Shown: positions 19,123 through 29,366, numbered from the stretch's first letter. The stretch: 64,000 bases of DNA from a virus (IMGVR_UViG_3300031555_004294:96001-160000); one strand, 5' to 3'. A program made the numbers and translations. The notes: generated from the letters alone by a model not told the origin.

Positions 19123-20034
19123 ATGTTAGACAATATTTCTAAACAAATCAATACAGAACTTCAGAAAGAACAAGATCATAAAGATTTTTACGAGCTTATT
19201 CATGAAGATGTCGAGTTTGATAATTTTATTGATGATAAATTTTTAAATCTTAACGAGAATGGAGTGAGTAACAAAATGCTTAAAAATGAAATGCCCTTTT
19301 TATTCATTGAGGATACCGTAGTTGATGATGAACTAGTCACCAATCTCCAAAATGAAGTAGAGTATGAAGACAATTACGAGAAGAAGCCCATTACTGATAA
19401 TGACACTACCACTAAGCTGCAGGATCCTGCTGACTATAAGGATGAGTTTACTGCAAAGTATGCTAGTGACGTTGAAGTAAATACTAAGCTTGACAAGGAA
19501 GTCGAGTATAATGACACTCAGAAGACTCCTGTTAACATTGATGAGTTTAGTAACGAAGCTGCAGAGCTTTTATTTGAAATGGGTGACCTTTTAGGTGCTC
19601 TTGAACTACTAGAAGAAGCTGAGTGTGATATGACTGTCCCTAATCAGGTTAAGTGTCCCGATGAAGGTGAAACTATTCCTCAAGCAGATGAAGCTAAAGT
19701 AGGTGACACTGAAGATCCTGATATGCCCGAAGGTGTAGTCATGGAAGCTGAAGAGACTCAGGCTGCTGATGATGGTGCAGAAGATGTAGAGTCCGATACT
19801 GATGTAGAGGCTGCTGATGATGAAGCTTCTCTTGATGAAGATTTCTTTGCTTTATTTGAGTCTTCCGATGAAGATTGTGAAGATGAAGATAATGATGATG
19901 AAGACGAGGATGAAGAAGAAAAGGATTCTGATTCTGAAGGTAAAGAAGAAGATGAAGATAAGGATGATGAAGACGAGGATGAAGAAGATGGTAAGAAGTC
20001 TGAGTCCTTTAGCATTCTGGATTTATTTGCATAA
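19123..20034 (+). CDS. Highly acidic protein, scaffold/internal-head-like
   Basis: D/E-rich, multiple L-x-E sites, late promoter 19059-19070, AAGGAGG RBS. Confidence 0.5.
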   Translation: MLDNISKQINTELQKEQDHKDFYELIHEDVEFDNFIDDKFLNLNENGVSNKMLKNEMPFLFIEDTVVDDELVTNLQNEVEYEDNYEKKPITDNDTTTKLQDPADYKDEFTAKYASDVEVNTKLDKEVEYNDTQKTPVNIDEFSNEAAELLFEMGDLLGALELLEEAECDMTVPNQVKCPDEGETIPQADEAKVGDTEDPDMPEGVVMEAEETQAADDGAEDVESDTDVEAADDEASLDEDFFALFESSDEDCEDEDNDDEDEDEEEKDSDSEGKEEDEDKDDEDEDEEDGKKSESFSILDLFA

Positions 20035-20187
20035 TTTTTTATAAACTTTTACAAATTTTTAACATTGTATTAAAATTTTCTAAAACATAATTAGTAGACG
20101 AATTATATTTTTTGAAAAAGAAATATAAGTAAAAATTGCAATAAAAGTGAATATAAAATTTAGTAAGAAAGTGCAGGTGTAAAGAAC

Positions 20188-20688
20188 TTGTCTAGAGTTA
20201 AAGTAACTATTAACAAGAGAGGTAATATTCCTAGTCTTGGTCCTGGTCCTATCAGAAGACCTATTCTTATTACAGAGGAATTATATCAACACCTAGTAGC
20301 CTTAGGCTATCCAGTTACAGTTATAAATCCTCCAATTAAACCTGTTATTAAGAATGCTCCTGTTACTAAACATGACGATGAGGTTACAGAAACCGTTGCA
20401 GAAGTTCAAATAGAACCTGCTGTAGAAGCTGTTGCAGAAGCTGTAACTGAAGAAGTTGTGGAAGACACAGTAATGGAGGAAGAGGAAATTACCGAGTCTG
20501 AAGAAGTTGTTGAAATTGTAGAAAATGATCCAGATCTTAGTGCTGGTAGTTTTTATACTGAAGATTTTCTAACTTCTAAAGCATTATGTAAAAAAATTTT
20601 AGCTAGCCGTGAAGTTCAATACGACAGTAACGCATCTTGGGCATTACTAAAACAGTTAGTTTTAGATTCTAATCCTGTAGTTGAGTGA
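20188..20688 (+). CDS. Hypothetical late protein
   Basis: Late promoter 20061-20072, CAGGTG RBS, E/V-rich linker. Confidence 0.6.
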   Translation: MSRVKVTINKRGNIPSLGPGPIRRPILITEELYQHLVALGYPVTVINPPIKPVIKNAPVTKHDDEVTETVAEVQIEPAVEAVAEAVTEEVVEDTVMEEEEITESEEVVEIVENDPDLSAGSFYTEDFLTSKALCKKILASREVQYDSNASWALLKQLVLDSNPVVE

Positions 20689-20724
20689 TTTTTGTATTGA
20701 AAGCTAATAGTGTGAAGAAAAAAA

Positions 20725-20758
20725 AAGACTATATACCAAAAAGGTATATAGTCTTTTT
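20725..20758. terminator. Bidirectional terminator
   Basis: A-tract, gactatatacc-aaaaa-ggtatatagtc, T-tract, between convergent genes. Confidence 0.75.
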
Positions 20759-20764
20759 TCTTTT

Positions 20765-21391
20765 TTAATCCTTATCTCTAATAGTAAGGTCTGGTTCTAC
20801 ATTAAGTATATTGCACCAAGATTCAAAAGTCTTCCAGTTCATATTAGGTCTAGTAGATAGACCGTAGAATAAATTATACCCTGCATTATCATTTTCTACA
20901 GCATCATAAATGTCAGCCATAGTTAAGGAGATTGAATTGATTTTTTCCTTGATAATTCTTACCATTGGGTCATCATCTGTATAAATTGTAAAGTTTAGTA
21001 CTTCATCACGCTTAATGCGCTTGTTATTATCTAATTTTCTTTTTTCTTTAGTCGCAGGTTTCTTAACAGTTTCTTTTTTCTTTTCTTTACTAGGAACATC
21101 CATTTTTCGAATGTTGCTAAGTAAAGAAGACAATGAGTTATTTTCATTGTTCTTTACAATGTTATCTTTTGTTAATTCTGATTTTCCTACAGTTACAAAT
21201 GTTCCTTCTTCTTTTAAATATAAACCAGGTAATTTAGGTTGTTTAGTCTTTAGATACTTGCCACGATAAATGTAAATTTGGTCGTTAACCATATATGCAT
21301 CATTCTTAACTACCGAATACTCATCAAATTCGGTATGTAGTTTTATAAACTTATCATTGACCTTGATGTATTGAATTTGTTGCATAAACAA
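20765..21391 (-). CDS. Hypothetical protein, possible C-terminal HTH
   Basis: C-terminal helical region ...MNWKTFESWCNILNVE resembles XRE-type endings. Confidence 0.45.
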   Translation of the reverse strand: MFMQQIQYIKVNDKFIKLHTEFDEYSVVKNDAYMVNDQIYIYRGKYLKTKQPKLPGLYLKEEGTFVTVGKSELTKDNIVKNNENNSLSSLLSNIRKMDVPSKEKKKETVKKPATKEKRKLDNNKRIKRDEVLNFTIYTDDDPMVRIIKEKINSISLTMADIYDAVENDNAGYNLFYGLSTRPNMNWKTFESWCNILNVEPDLTIRDKD

Positions 21392-21412
21392 TTATACCCT
21401 TTCTTATAAATT

Positions 21413-22174
21413 TTATTCCTCGTCATTTTCTTCTTCATTGTTTCTGTTAATTCTCTTAAAATTTCTTTTTGGTTTGCTATTAAGTTTTCCACCACTACCA
21501 GTAGTGTATTCTGTGGGTAACATTTCTTGGTTTTCTAATTCTAAAGCATAAGCAATTTGTTGCATATATGCCATTTGCTTTAGATGTTGTGAAGATGACA
21601 GTAAGTTAAAATTATTCAAAAAGTAAGTTATACCTTGCAAGTTTTCGTCAGTTATAGTTGTATAAAAAGCTTCATCATTGAAAACTATGGTAACTGCTTT
21701 TTCATATTTATGACTTACTGCATCTTCATCATAATTGACATTATAAATCATCTTTATTGAATGGTTATTCACCAATCCATTGATATCTACAACAAAGGTT
21801 TCATATTCTGGTTTTAAAGTGATGATACCTTCTTCTTTGTCTTCATAAAAAGCTTCATCTAGATGTTCTAACATAGTGTTAAAACCATTTCTGATTTTCT
21901 GTATGTGTTGATAAGAACTATAGATTTCTACAGAACTATTATTCTCATCATTCTTACAGTTAAATACTAGAAAATCTGAACTTTCCATATAAAGGCTCCC
22001 AAGATACTTATAATTGTCATACTTGTTGCTTTTATAAACGTTTTCTTTAAAACAATCTATACGAAACCCATTCTTAGAATTTCTTCGTCCTAAAACAACT
22101 GTGTTTTTGATAATAAAATTTTTTGCTGGTCGTAAAATCAATTCTTCTATCTTCTCTAGATTACCGAAATTCAT
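21413..22174 (-). CDS. Hypothetical protein
   Basis: 253 aa ORF, AAGG RBS, in an operon with the helicase. Confidence 0.7.
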   Translation of the reverse strand: MNFGNLEKIEELILRPAKNFIIKNTVVLGRRNSKNGFRIDCFKENVYKSNKYDNYKYLGSLYMESSDFLVFNCKNDENNSSVEIYSSYQHIQKIRNGFNTMLEHLDEAFYEDKEEGIITLKPEYETFVVDINGLVNNHSIKMIYNVNYDEDAVSHKYEKAVTIVFNDEAFYTTITDENLQGITYFLNNFNLLSSSQHLKQMAYMQQIAYALELENQEMLPTEYTTGSGGKLNSKPKRNFKRINRNNEEENDEE

Positions 22175-22216
22175 AACTATTTCCTTTCTTTACATGCACT
22201 TTCGTAATACTTTGTT

Positions 22217-23734
22217 TTATTTTTTGTCGTTTAAAACAAAGCATTTTTTAGCAACTTTTTGCATAAATCTGTTACGTATTTTACTATGATTTCGGCATTG
22301 CTTGAAACCGTTATCTGTTAGCTGAATGAAGTACTTTTTAAGTCCTTCTTCATTTCTTAATCTACCAGATAATTGTTCCATGATAACTGTAGACGATGCA
22401 CTGACAGTGTTAATTACGATACACAAACCAACAACGTCTACACCTTTACCAAATCCTTTTAAAGTAGTTAGGATTAATTGATTGTCCAATTCTTTATCTC
22501 TAGTAGATTTTGGAACTAAACCACAGAATCTACCAACTTTTACTTTCTTAGCTTTCTTAGTTTCACTGTTTACAAATACTGATTTTGAAAAATCTTCATA
22601 CAATTTTTCTATCATGTTGTTACAGTTTACTACGATTGCTACTTTTTGTTCTGGATCTTTAGTCCATAGGTCATTTAGCAACGCTTTCAACATCTTGAAA
22701 TACTGACTGTATTTTGTCGGTGTTAATAGATAGTCGTTATAGGCATTGCTATCAAATCCATGAGCATTTGACATAGTAAGTTCTTGATATTCTGTTGGAT
22801 GAGAATTCCACAAATACTCAATATATCGAATGTATTTCTCATTTCTAGATTCTGTAAGTCCAAATGTAATTACACCATCGAATAAGTTACTGTAAACTTC
22901 TTGTTCAGCATAATTACTTCTAGCAGGTGTAGCGGTTAGGTAAATGGTATTCTTGACATCCGTGTTAATGTCAATGTAGAAAATATTTCTCCACTCTATA
23001 TGAGCTTCGTCAAATATTTTATCACCTATACCTAATTTTTGGAAAAGATCATTTAGTAGACTCCAATTTCCATTGCAATAAGCATCTAAAGTTCTATGAC
23101 TTGCTAAGTAAACTTTATAAGGATTGTTAGTCTGTTTCATTAACTTTCTGATAGTAGAGCTACCAGAGATTGTAAACATTTCTTCATCTTTGATATTGGT
23201 AAACTTCTTAAAAGAGTCCTTCCATTGTTGAAGGATTTTATCGTTATCAACTATAACAATTGGAATTCTACCTGACTTGGTGACATAATTGATCGCAGTA
23301 TAGGTTTTGCCATCACCTGGCTTTAAACATAAGAATCTTTGGGTTTCATTTTTTAACTCTTTAAAATTACCTTTACTGGTAAGATAGTCGATACTTTCTC
23401 GCTGGATATCACTTCTAGGATCCACTGTTAGTTCTAACTTCATATACTTACATGGTTTACCAGAAGTATCATACTCTAAAGTATGATTAGGAAAGTAATA
23501 CATTAACGTACTAAGCTTGATACCTTTATGGATGTAAAGAATTTCATTTTCTTCATCTTCTTCATAAGCAGACCAAGTAATATAGTTACCACCATTTTTA
23601 GTTTTTTGCCATACGGAAAGCTTATTTTTAAGTTTGACATGATTGCCATTCTTGTAGTTATGAATTGCTATACTAGATGTTAGTACTTTTATGACATCCA
23701 AAATTTTTCCCTCTCTTTCTGATAGATTTTTCAT
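22217..23734 (-). CDS. Superfamily 2 (DEAH) helicase, UvsW-like
   Basis: PGDGKT, IFDEAH, TAT, GKGVD, QLSGRLR motifs. Early-type promoter 23739-23751. Confidence 0.9.
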   Translation of the reverse strand: MKNLSEREGKILDVIKVLTSSIAIHNYKNGNHVKLKNKLSVWQKTKNGGNYITWSAYEEDEENEILYIHKGIKLSTLMYYFPNHTLEYDTSGKPCKYMKLELTVDPRSDIQRESIDYLTSKGNFKELKNETQRFLCLKPGDGKTYTAINYVTKSGRIPIVIVDNDKILQQWKDSFKKFTNIKDEEMFTISGSSTIRKLMKQTNNPYKVYLASHRTLDAYCNGNWSLLNDLFQKLGIGDKIFDEAHIEWRNIFYIDINTDVKNTIYLTATPARSNYAEQEVYSNLFDGVITFGLTESRNEKYIRYIEYLWNSHPTEYQELTMSNAHGFDSNAYNDYLLTPTKYSQYFKMLKALLNDLWTKDPEQKVAIVVNCNNMIEKLYEDFSKSVFVNSETKKAKKVKVGRFCGLVPKSTRDKELDNQLILTTLKGFGKGVDVVGLCIVINTVSASSTVIMEQLSGRLRNEEGLKKYFIQLTDNGFKQCRNHSKIRNRFMQKVAKKCFVLNDKK

Positions 23735-23771
23735 GTGTATAATATATATTTCAAGTTTTTTTTAATAAAAA

Positions 23772-24449
23772 AAAAGTTCGAGCCTATGGAAATAATATCC
23801 ATAGGCTCGTTAAGTTTTAATTACTTGTCGTACTTATATTTTCTATGAAAAATTTTTATTTTTAATAAAATTAGTCATCTTGTTTAAATTCTATTAAAAT
23901 TCTAGACCTATTATTAAAAAACTCTTCATCTTTAAAAATATCTTTTATAACTTCTGGTTTTATAAGTCCAAACATGTCGTCTGTTAAGTCATGGTCGCGG
24001 CCAAAAAAGATAAATTTCCCACAATCAGATATTTTATTGAATGTATCATATAATTTCTCATATAATTTCTGTTTATCATCATCAGTTCCATGAAAATAAG
24101 GAAATGTAACATATAATATTGAACCCACCCAAGTGTCATAATTTATATTGACTATTTTAAAACCAATTTTTCTTTTTGTCTTTTTATAAAATTCTCTGAA
24201 GTACGGAATAGATTCTCTACATGTAGTGATGTATGAAAATGGATTACTATGCATGGCTGTGACATTTTCATTTATAGTTTCCCCAAGGTAATATTCGGGA
24301 AAAATATTACATATTTTTTCAATTTTTTGGTCATCATTTAAAGTCGTATCTCTCAATATTTCTTTTAAATAAGTTTTCATTTCAATATTCCATCCTTTTA
24401 TAAAAGTTTGAGCCTATGGAAATAATATCCCATAGGCTCGTTAAGTTTT
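23772..24449. repeat. ~48-bp direct repeat (duplicated terminator hairpin) flanking one gene
   Basis: gagcctatggaaataatatcc(c)ataggctcgttaagtttta at ~23772-23819 and ~24402-24449. Confidence 0.85.
23871..24380 (-). CDS. Hypothetical protein
   Basis: 169 aa ORF between the duplicated hairpins. Confidence 0.65.
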   Translation of the reverse strand: MKTYLKEILRDTTLNDDQKIEKICNIFPEYYLGETINENVTAMHSNPFSYITTCRESIPYFREFYKKTKRKIGFKIVNINYDTWVGSILYVTFPYFHGTDDDKQKLYEKLYDTFNKISDCGKFIFFGRDHDLTDDMFGLIKPEVIKDIFKDEEFFNNRSRILIEFKQDD

Positions 24450-24789
24450 ATATCCATACTTTATGTTCTTTAAAGATTAGGGTTTTCCTATAATGGTCTG
24501 GTAGTAAACCATTACAAAGAGGACAATAGTATCTGTAACCCTGTTTTGTTTTGGTTTTATCAGGTTCAGTAGAAATAGAAAGTCCATATGTATTCCATGT
24601 TTCAAATTTTTCTTCTGCTTCACCTATGTAAAAGAATTTATAACAGCAACCACATTGATAGAGATTTTCTTTTACTTGTTTTCCTAGAAAATTACTCAAA
24701 TCATAGACTTTATTACGGATCTTGATTTTATCTTCAACAGATGCTTCGTCATATAATTTTTTAATTTCTTCAATTTTCTTACTTATCAT
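24448..24789 (-). CDS. Zn-ribbon protein
   Basis: CGCC...CPLC. Confidence 0.6.
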   Translation of the reverse strand: MISKKIEEIKKLYDEASVEDKIKIRNKVYDLSNFLGKQVKENLYQCGCCYKFFYIGEAEEKFETWNTYGLSISTEPDKTKTKQGYRYYCPLCNGLLPDHYRKTLIFKEHKVWI

Positions 24790-24959
24790 CAGTTAGCCTT
24801 TCTATTTGTCTTCTTTGGCTTAAACTTCTCACAAGCAGGTGTATCTTCATAGCATAAGAAACCAAAAGGATATCCATCATGTTCTTCCTTGCAACAAAGA
24901 TTCCAATCACCACAACCTATGAAATTTTCACAATCTTTACAAGTTTTCTGTTTATCCAT
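24789..24959 (-). CDS. Small Cys-rich protein (56 aa)
   Basis: MDKQKTCKDCENFIGCGDWNLCC...ACEKF; start and stop overlap both neighbours; below the track cutoff. Confidence 0.65.
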   Translation of the reverse strand: MDKQKTCKDCENFIGCGDWNLCCKEEHDGYPFGFLCYEDTPACEKFKPKKTNRKAN

Positions 24960-25309
24960 TATTTTCGTTCCCTCACTATGTAAATCTTTCCATCTCGATC
25001 TATGATTTCATAATGTTCTTGAAACTCATTAAAGTTTACTTCATCTGAAATTGTAACTTTATACTGTGTTTCATACTCTGAAGGATTTGGTGCTACCTCA
25101 TAGCCAAATAAAAATCCAAAGGCAATGCCAACTAAAATTGATATTCCAATGAAAACAAGTAAAAATGGACCATAATCAAATTGAACTACAGAACTCATAA
25201 TGGCGAATAATACGATAGATACGAGAATAGATGTTAACCAGAACATAAACCATGAAAAAGTATATTCACTTACTACTTCAAATTGTGATAAAATTTCTAC
25301 GCCTTCCAT
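24959..25309 (-). CDS. Two-TM membrane protein (paralogue of 26112)
   Basis: Two hydrophobic helices, C-terminal VTISDEVNFNEF...YEII. Confidence 0.7.
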   Translation of the reverse strand: MEGVEILSQFEVVSEYTFSWFMFWLTSILVSIVLFAIMSSVVQFDYGPFLLVFIGISILVGIAFGFLFGYEVAPNPSEYETQYKVTISDEVNFNEFQEHYEIIDRDGKIYIVRERK

Positions 25310-25314
25310 TATTT

Positions 25315-25716
25315 TTATCCTTTCTTAATACTTTCTAAGATTTCTACAGCTTTCTTTAAATCAGAACAATCAAGCATTCTCTTTGTCCATTTTTCAGTTG
25401 CTTCTGTCTTTGATCTAAAGAATTCAGTACCATAGTCATCAGCTTGATAAGTTATTGTAACATTAGTTTGTAGTAGCTTAATTCTTACTTGATAGTTGCC
25501 TATAAATGTTATTTTTCCTTCATAGACCTTATCAGTAAAAATAACGTATACGTTATCATTAACTGCTAAAGGTATTCTAATCCAACCATCTTCAAGAATT
25601 CTATTAGCTAAATGTTCTGCAGTAAGTCTAACTGTTAGTTCATAATCAGGTGTATATGTGTTACAACTCATGATTAAGTCAACTAATCTTTCTTTTTCTT
25701 TATGGTTCTTACTCAT
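25315..25716 (-). CDS. Hypothetical protein
   Basis: GAGG RBS, 133 aa. Confidence 0.65.
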   Translation of the reverse strand: MSKNHKEKERLVDLIMSCNTYTPDYELTVRLTAEHLANRILEDGWIRIPLAVNDNVYVIFTDKVYEGKITFIGNYQVRIKLLQTNVTITYQADDYGTEFFRSKTEATEKWTKRMLDCSDLKKAVEILESIKKG

Positions 25717-25731
25717 TTAAAATACCTCTGT

Positions 25732-25968
25732 TTAGCTAAAATAGTCTCTGGTGAATCTATGTACTGTAGGATCTAAAAGATCACGGAGTCTTTTTAAACG
25801 TTCTTCTTGTTCCTTCTTTTCTTTTTCAAGAAATGCGTTTCTCTCGTCTTCAGAAAGAGATGCAAGATACTCTTCACGTTCTTTTGCTTTTCTTTCTTGT
25901 TCTTCTCTATAAGCTTTTTCTTTTTCTCTTTTTCTGTACTGTTTTACTTGCTTTCCTAATGCTTTCAT
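25732..25968 (-). CDS. Hypothetical charged helical protein
   Basis: AGGAG RBS, 78 aa. Confidence 0.6.
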   Translation of the reverse strand: MKALGKQVKQYRKREKEKAYREEQERKAKEREEYLASLSEDERNAFLEKEKKEQEERLKRLRDLLDPTVHRFTRDYFS

Positions 25969-26119
25969 TATTAGTTTCTCCTAGTAATATTTTCATACAG
26001 TGGTCACAAATATAAGCGTCTAGTTGACACGAATAATAAACATCTACATGAGGTTTGTCACAATAATCACATGATTTATCATGTAAGACAACTTTCTTTA
26101 CAAAGCAAAGATTATTCAT
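25907..26119 (-). CDS. Small Zn-finger protein
   Basis: CDYC...CDHC. Confidence 0.55.
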   Translation of the reverse strand: MNNLCFVKKVVLHDKSCDYCDKPHVDVYYSCQLDAYICDHCMKILLGETNNESIRKASKTVQKKRKRKSL

Positions 26120-26483
26120 TTCGTTCTTTTACCTTAAAAAGTGATCCATCTTGCTCAATGATTTCATACTTTTCTATGAACTCATTAAAGTTAACAGTAT
26201 CATCTATAGTTACTTGATGGTACGTTGCTTTAATGTCGTTGTAATCTTGTCCAATTTTAAATTGTTCACATCCAACTGCAAATAGCATAACTGCTGCAAA
26301 TCCTATAATTAATCCAATTAAAGTTGATTCAAGAATATTTGGTGATGCCCAATTTTTACGATTAACGATTCCTATGATCAAACCAGCTAAAATACTTCCA
26401 AAGGGAAGTATATAACAGACAATGTCAGTCCATACCAAGTAACCATATTCATAGGTTGTATTAAGTATCGTTACGCCATCCAT
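26112..26483 (-). CDS. Two-TM membrane protein (paralogue of 24959)
   Basis: MDGVTIL...VTIDDTVNFNEF...YEII. Confidence 0.7.
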   Translation of the reverse strand: MDGVTILNTTYEYGYLVWTDIVCYILPFGSILAGLIIGIVNRKNWASPNILESTLIGLIIGFAAVMLFAVGCEQFKIGQDYNDIKATYHQVTIDDTVNFNEFIEKYEIIEQDGSLFKVKERNE

Positions 26484-26484
26484 A

Positions 26485-26886
26485 TTAGTTTACCTCGTTT
26501 TCTTTAGTTTTCATTTCAATTCCGCATTCTGAACAAAACTTACAATCATTCCAGTCCCAATGTCCACATTCTGAACAATTTGCATTTCCATCTTTTTCAG
26601 AACATTCTGCTAAAATCCAAGTTCCATATTTCTTATTACTATTTGTAGGTAAAGAAATATAGTCCTCATATCTCCATTTAAAATGAACATATGCTAAACC
26701 ACAAGATGCATAGTATGGACAATCTGTAAATTTCCCATTTTCAGGTAAGTTTTTACAAATAGGACACTTGCCATTGACTTTTAAATCATCAATGGCAAGG
26801 TTCATTATAGTTTTTGCTTTTTCAAGTTCATCTGTCAGTTTCTTAATCGTATCTTTACGATTTTCAACATCATTTATTTTTGTCAT
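26485..26886 (-). CDS. Zn-ribbon protein
   Basis: CPIC, CSECG...FCSECG. Confidence 0.65.
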   Translation of the reverse strand: MTKINDVENRKDTIKKLTDELEKAKTIMNLAIDDLKVNGKCPICKNLPENGKFTDCPYYASCGLAYVHFKWRYEDYISLPTNSNKKYGTWILAECSEKDGNANCSECGHWDWNDCKFCSECGIEMKTKENEVN

Positions 26887-26900
26887 AAGATTTCACCAAT

Positions 26901-27146
26901 TTACCACATATCATTGTCAGAGTAAGCGTTAAGATGAATAAATTCATCGTTCTCAGTAATATCTAAGAAGCTCTCATCATTGATGATTTCAATAGCTCTT
27001 TCTTTAGAAATCAGCTTCTTATTTGTCGTAGGATTACGAAAACTAAATCCATAAGTATAGCGTAGAGGTTTCTCTGTAGTTTCGATAACCTTTTTTGCCT
27101 TTTCTCTATCAAGTGTTCCATCATAAAATGACATCTTCAACAACAT
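26901..27146 (-). CDS. Hypothetical protein
   Basis: 81 aa in a tightly packed operon. Confidence 0.6.
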   Translation of the reverse strand: MLLKMSFYDGTLDREKAKKVIETTEKPLRYTYGFSFRNPTTNKKLISKERAIEIINDESFLDITENDEFIHLNAYSDNDMW

Positions 27147-27152
27147 TTTTTT

Positions 27153-27740
27153 TTACACTCCTTTACTAATTCCTTTTAAGGTTTTTCCAATATGATTAGC
27201 ATAACCCCAGTTCATTGTTTCTGTATGAGGGTTCTTAAAAACTTTGTATGCAAAGTGCATATACTCAGCTATCGCTTTTTTATTAACTTTGCCAGTACAT
27301 CCACCAAATGCAGGGATTACCAAGTTTTTAACTTTACAATTTTCTGCCATTTTCAAGCAAGATAACATACAGTCAAAAATAACACGATCATCAATAATAG
27401 ATTCAGGTGTTCTCATTGTAGGTGTATGTATGAGTCTATACTTTCCAAAGGGAATTGCAGCAGCAGTTCCTACTACTTGATATCCAGTAAAGTAGATGTC
27501 TAACATGTTCAAAACATGAGTTTGTGCATTCTCACCTAAATAGTCAATGATAGCTTTGTCATAACCACCATCCATCAAACCAAAACTATTTGCAGGTGAT
27601 ACAATTCCGTCAATTTCTGGATGAGTGTCCATGAAATGTTTAAAATCATCATGATAAATTTCTACATCAGGTTCAAATTGAAAGACTCTAACCCACGCAT
27701 TTATCATTTCTTCATTTCTGTCAAGCAAGTAAATGTTCAT
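27153..27740 (-). CDS. Macro-domain (ADP-ribose binding/hydrolase) protein
   Basis: IVSPANSFGLMDGGYDKAI, HTPTMR, IPAFGGCTG. Confidence 0.9.
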   Translation of the reverse strand: MNIYLLDRNEEMINAWVRVFQFEPDVEIYHDDFKHFMDTHPEIDGIVSPANSFGLMDGGYDKAIIDYLGENAQTHVLNMLDIYFTGYQVVGTAAAIPFGKYRLIHTPTMRTPESIIDDRVIFDCMLSCLKMAENCKVKNLVIPAFGGCTGKVNKKAIAEYMHFAYKVFKNPHTETMNWGYANHIGKTLKGISKGV

Positions 27741-28204
27741 TTTAAAGTTACTCCTTCAAATGTGACCATGATATAGCATTCATTACCAAACTGTGTAATT
27801 GCTACGATATTCAGTTTGTTCTCTCTTGCAAAAGTATTTATTTCAGTTTCAATTTCTTCAAAAGATTTATTCTTACTCTTGAAAAACTTAACCATGCTAG
27901 TTTTTGGATTAGTTCTTATTTCTTCTAATTTCCTTAAAAGATCAAAATAGTCTTCATAAACTTGAACACCACCTGGATAGGAAAGTTTGTCTTTTCCATT
28001 TCTTTTTCTCCACTCATTGATATACTTTTTTCTATAAGGATTGTTGTCTAGTAACTTATTACCATATATGAATGTATCAATTGTATTTTGCTGATCTTCT
28101 ATTCTGTCAATTGCGTCTTGAATGATATCAATGTGCATTTGTGACGATAAAAATGTTTTAAGGATTCTTAGTTCTTTTAATAGTTTAGCATTAGTATTGC
28201 TCAT
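27737..28204 (-). CDS. Hypothetical protein
   Basis: AAGGAG RBS, 155 aa. Confidence 0.65.
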   Translation of the reverse strand: MSNTNAKLLKELRILKTFLSSQMHIDIIQDAIDRIEDQQNTIDTFIYGNKLLDNNPYRKKYINEWRKRNGKDKLSYPGGVQVYEDYFDLLRKLEEIRTNPKTSMVKFFKSKNKSFEEIETEINTFARENKLNIVAITQFGNECYIMVTFEGVTLK

Positions 28205-28295
28205 GTTAGTTCTCCTTAGTTATTTTAATCCGTACCCATTTTCATAATTTTAAAAGGTGTATCCTCCATTTAAGAAGATACACCTTTCATATTTT

Positions 28296-29366
28296 TTATT
28301 GCTCTTCCTGAGCTTCTTCAGTAGTTATAGTAGCAGGAATACTAAAGCTCAACAAAGTGTTTATCTGTTCTCTATCAAGACTTTTGTTAACAAATGTGTT
28401 GAACGCCTTCTCATTCAATACACAACCAGCAGACTTAGGATGACCTCCGCCACCGTACATAGTAGCGATTTGAGCTAGGTTAGGACTATCAAAGATAGTT
28501 CTAAAGTTGACAGTCTTGTGAACCATATCAACAATTGCAATGAAAGAAAGATGCTTGTTTAAAATATTGAGTCGATTACCAATTTCAGAGAAATCCTTAT
28601 CAGCATAAGTGACACCAACATTCATTACTTCACCTTCAAAAGGAAACTGAATTACTTCAAGGTTCTTATTTCTGTCGTTAATTGTTCTACGAAGATTTCT
28701 TTTGACCAATCTGATATTTGAAACCTCCATATTGCTGAAAATGTTATCGAACTTACATGTGATGTAATTGTCAACTTTTTCAAAAGTTCTTTCAAAGCCA
28801 AATTCCTTAAAGTAAATGCTAAGATCTCTAGCACCTTCATTGACAATCTCATAAGTTTCAGGATCTTGGAACTTAAATGTATCCCATGAATCAATTAAAT
28901 CGACAATTTCTCTGTATCTTTCAAAGTCAATATCATTGGTTCTCGGTGCAAATTGATTCTCAGTAAAGTAGTTAAACATGAGTTTTGTTGCACTAAACTC
29001 GTCATTAACAACACTGAAGATTTTAGACTTCTTTAAAAATTCAATTTGTTCATCGGATTTATGGTGATGATCAAAATACACAACAGGATAGCCATTATTG
29101 GCAAGACTATTAAGCTTCTGAAGCTTTTTCAAATCTAGATTAACGTCTGCGACAATCAGACCATTGTAGTTTTTGTAATTTCCATTGTAGAAGGAATCAA
29201 GTACACTATTGACTGTACCATATGAATTATAAGTTGCTTCCTTTACATTGAAAAATGTTGATGCTACTTTTCCACATCCGTAGCCATCGAGATCGTTATG
29301 GAAAATTCCATAGATTTTTCCATGCTTCATTTGATTAAACATAGTTTTGATAGTTGATTGAGTCAT
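28296..29366 (-). CDS. DHH-family phosphoesterase
   Basis: HNDLDG, VAD, FDHH, GGGGHPKSAG. Confidence 0.9.
   Translation of the reverse strand: MTQSTIKTMFNQMKHGKIYGIFHNDLDGYGCGKVASTFFNVKEATYNSYGTVNSVLDSFYNGNYKNYNGLIVADVNLDLKKLQKLNSLANNGYPVVYFDHHHKSDEQIEFLKKSKIFSVVNDEFSATKLMFNYFTENQFAPRTNDIDFERYREIVDLIDSWDTFKFQDPETYEIVNEGARDLSIYFKEFGFERTFEKVDNYITCKFDNIFSNMEVSNIRLVKRNLRRTINDRNKNLEVIQFPFEGEVMNVGVTYADKDFSEIGNRLNILNKHLSFIAIVDMVHKTVNFRTIFDSPNLAQIATMYGGGGHPKSAGCVLNEKAFNTFVNKSLDREQINTLLSFSIPATITTEEAQEEQ

Noticed and set aside
19860-20000. GAT/GAA-rich low-complexity repeat
   Set aside because: Simply encodes the D/E-rich tail of the 19123 protein
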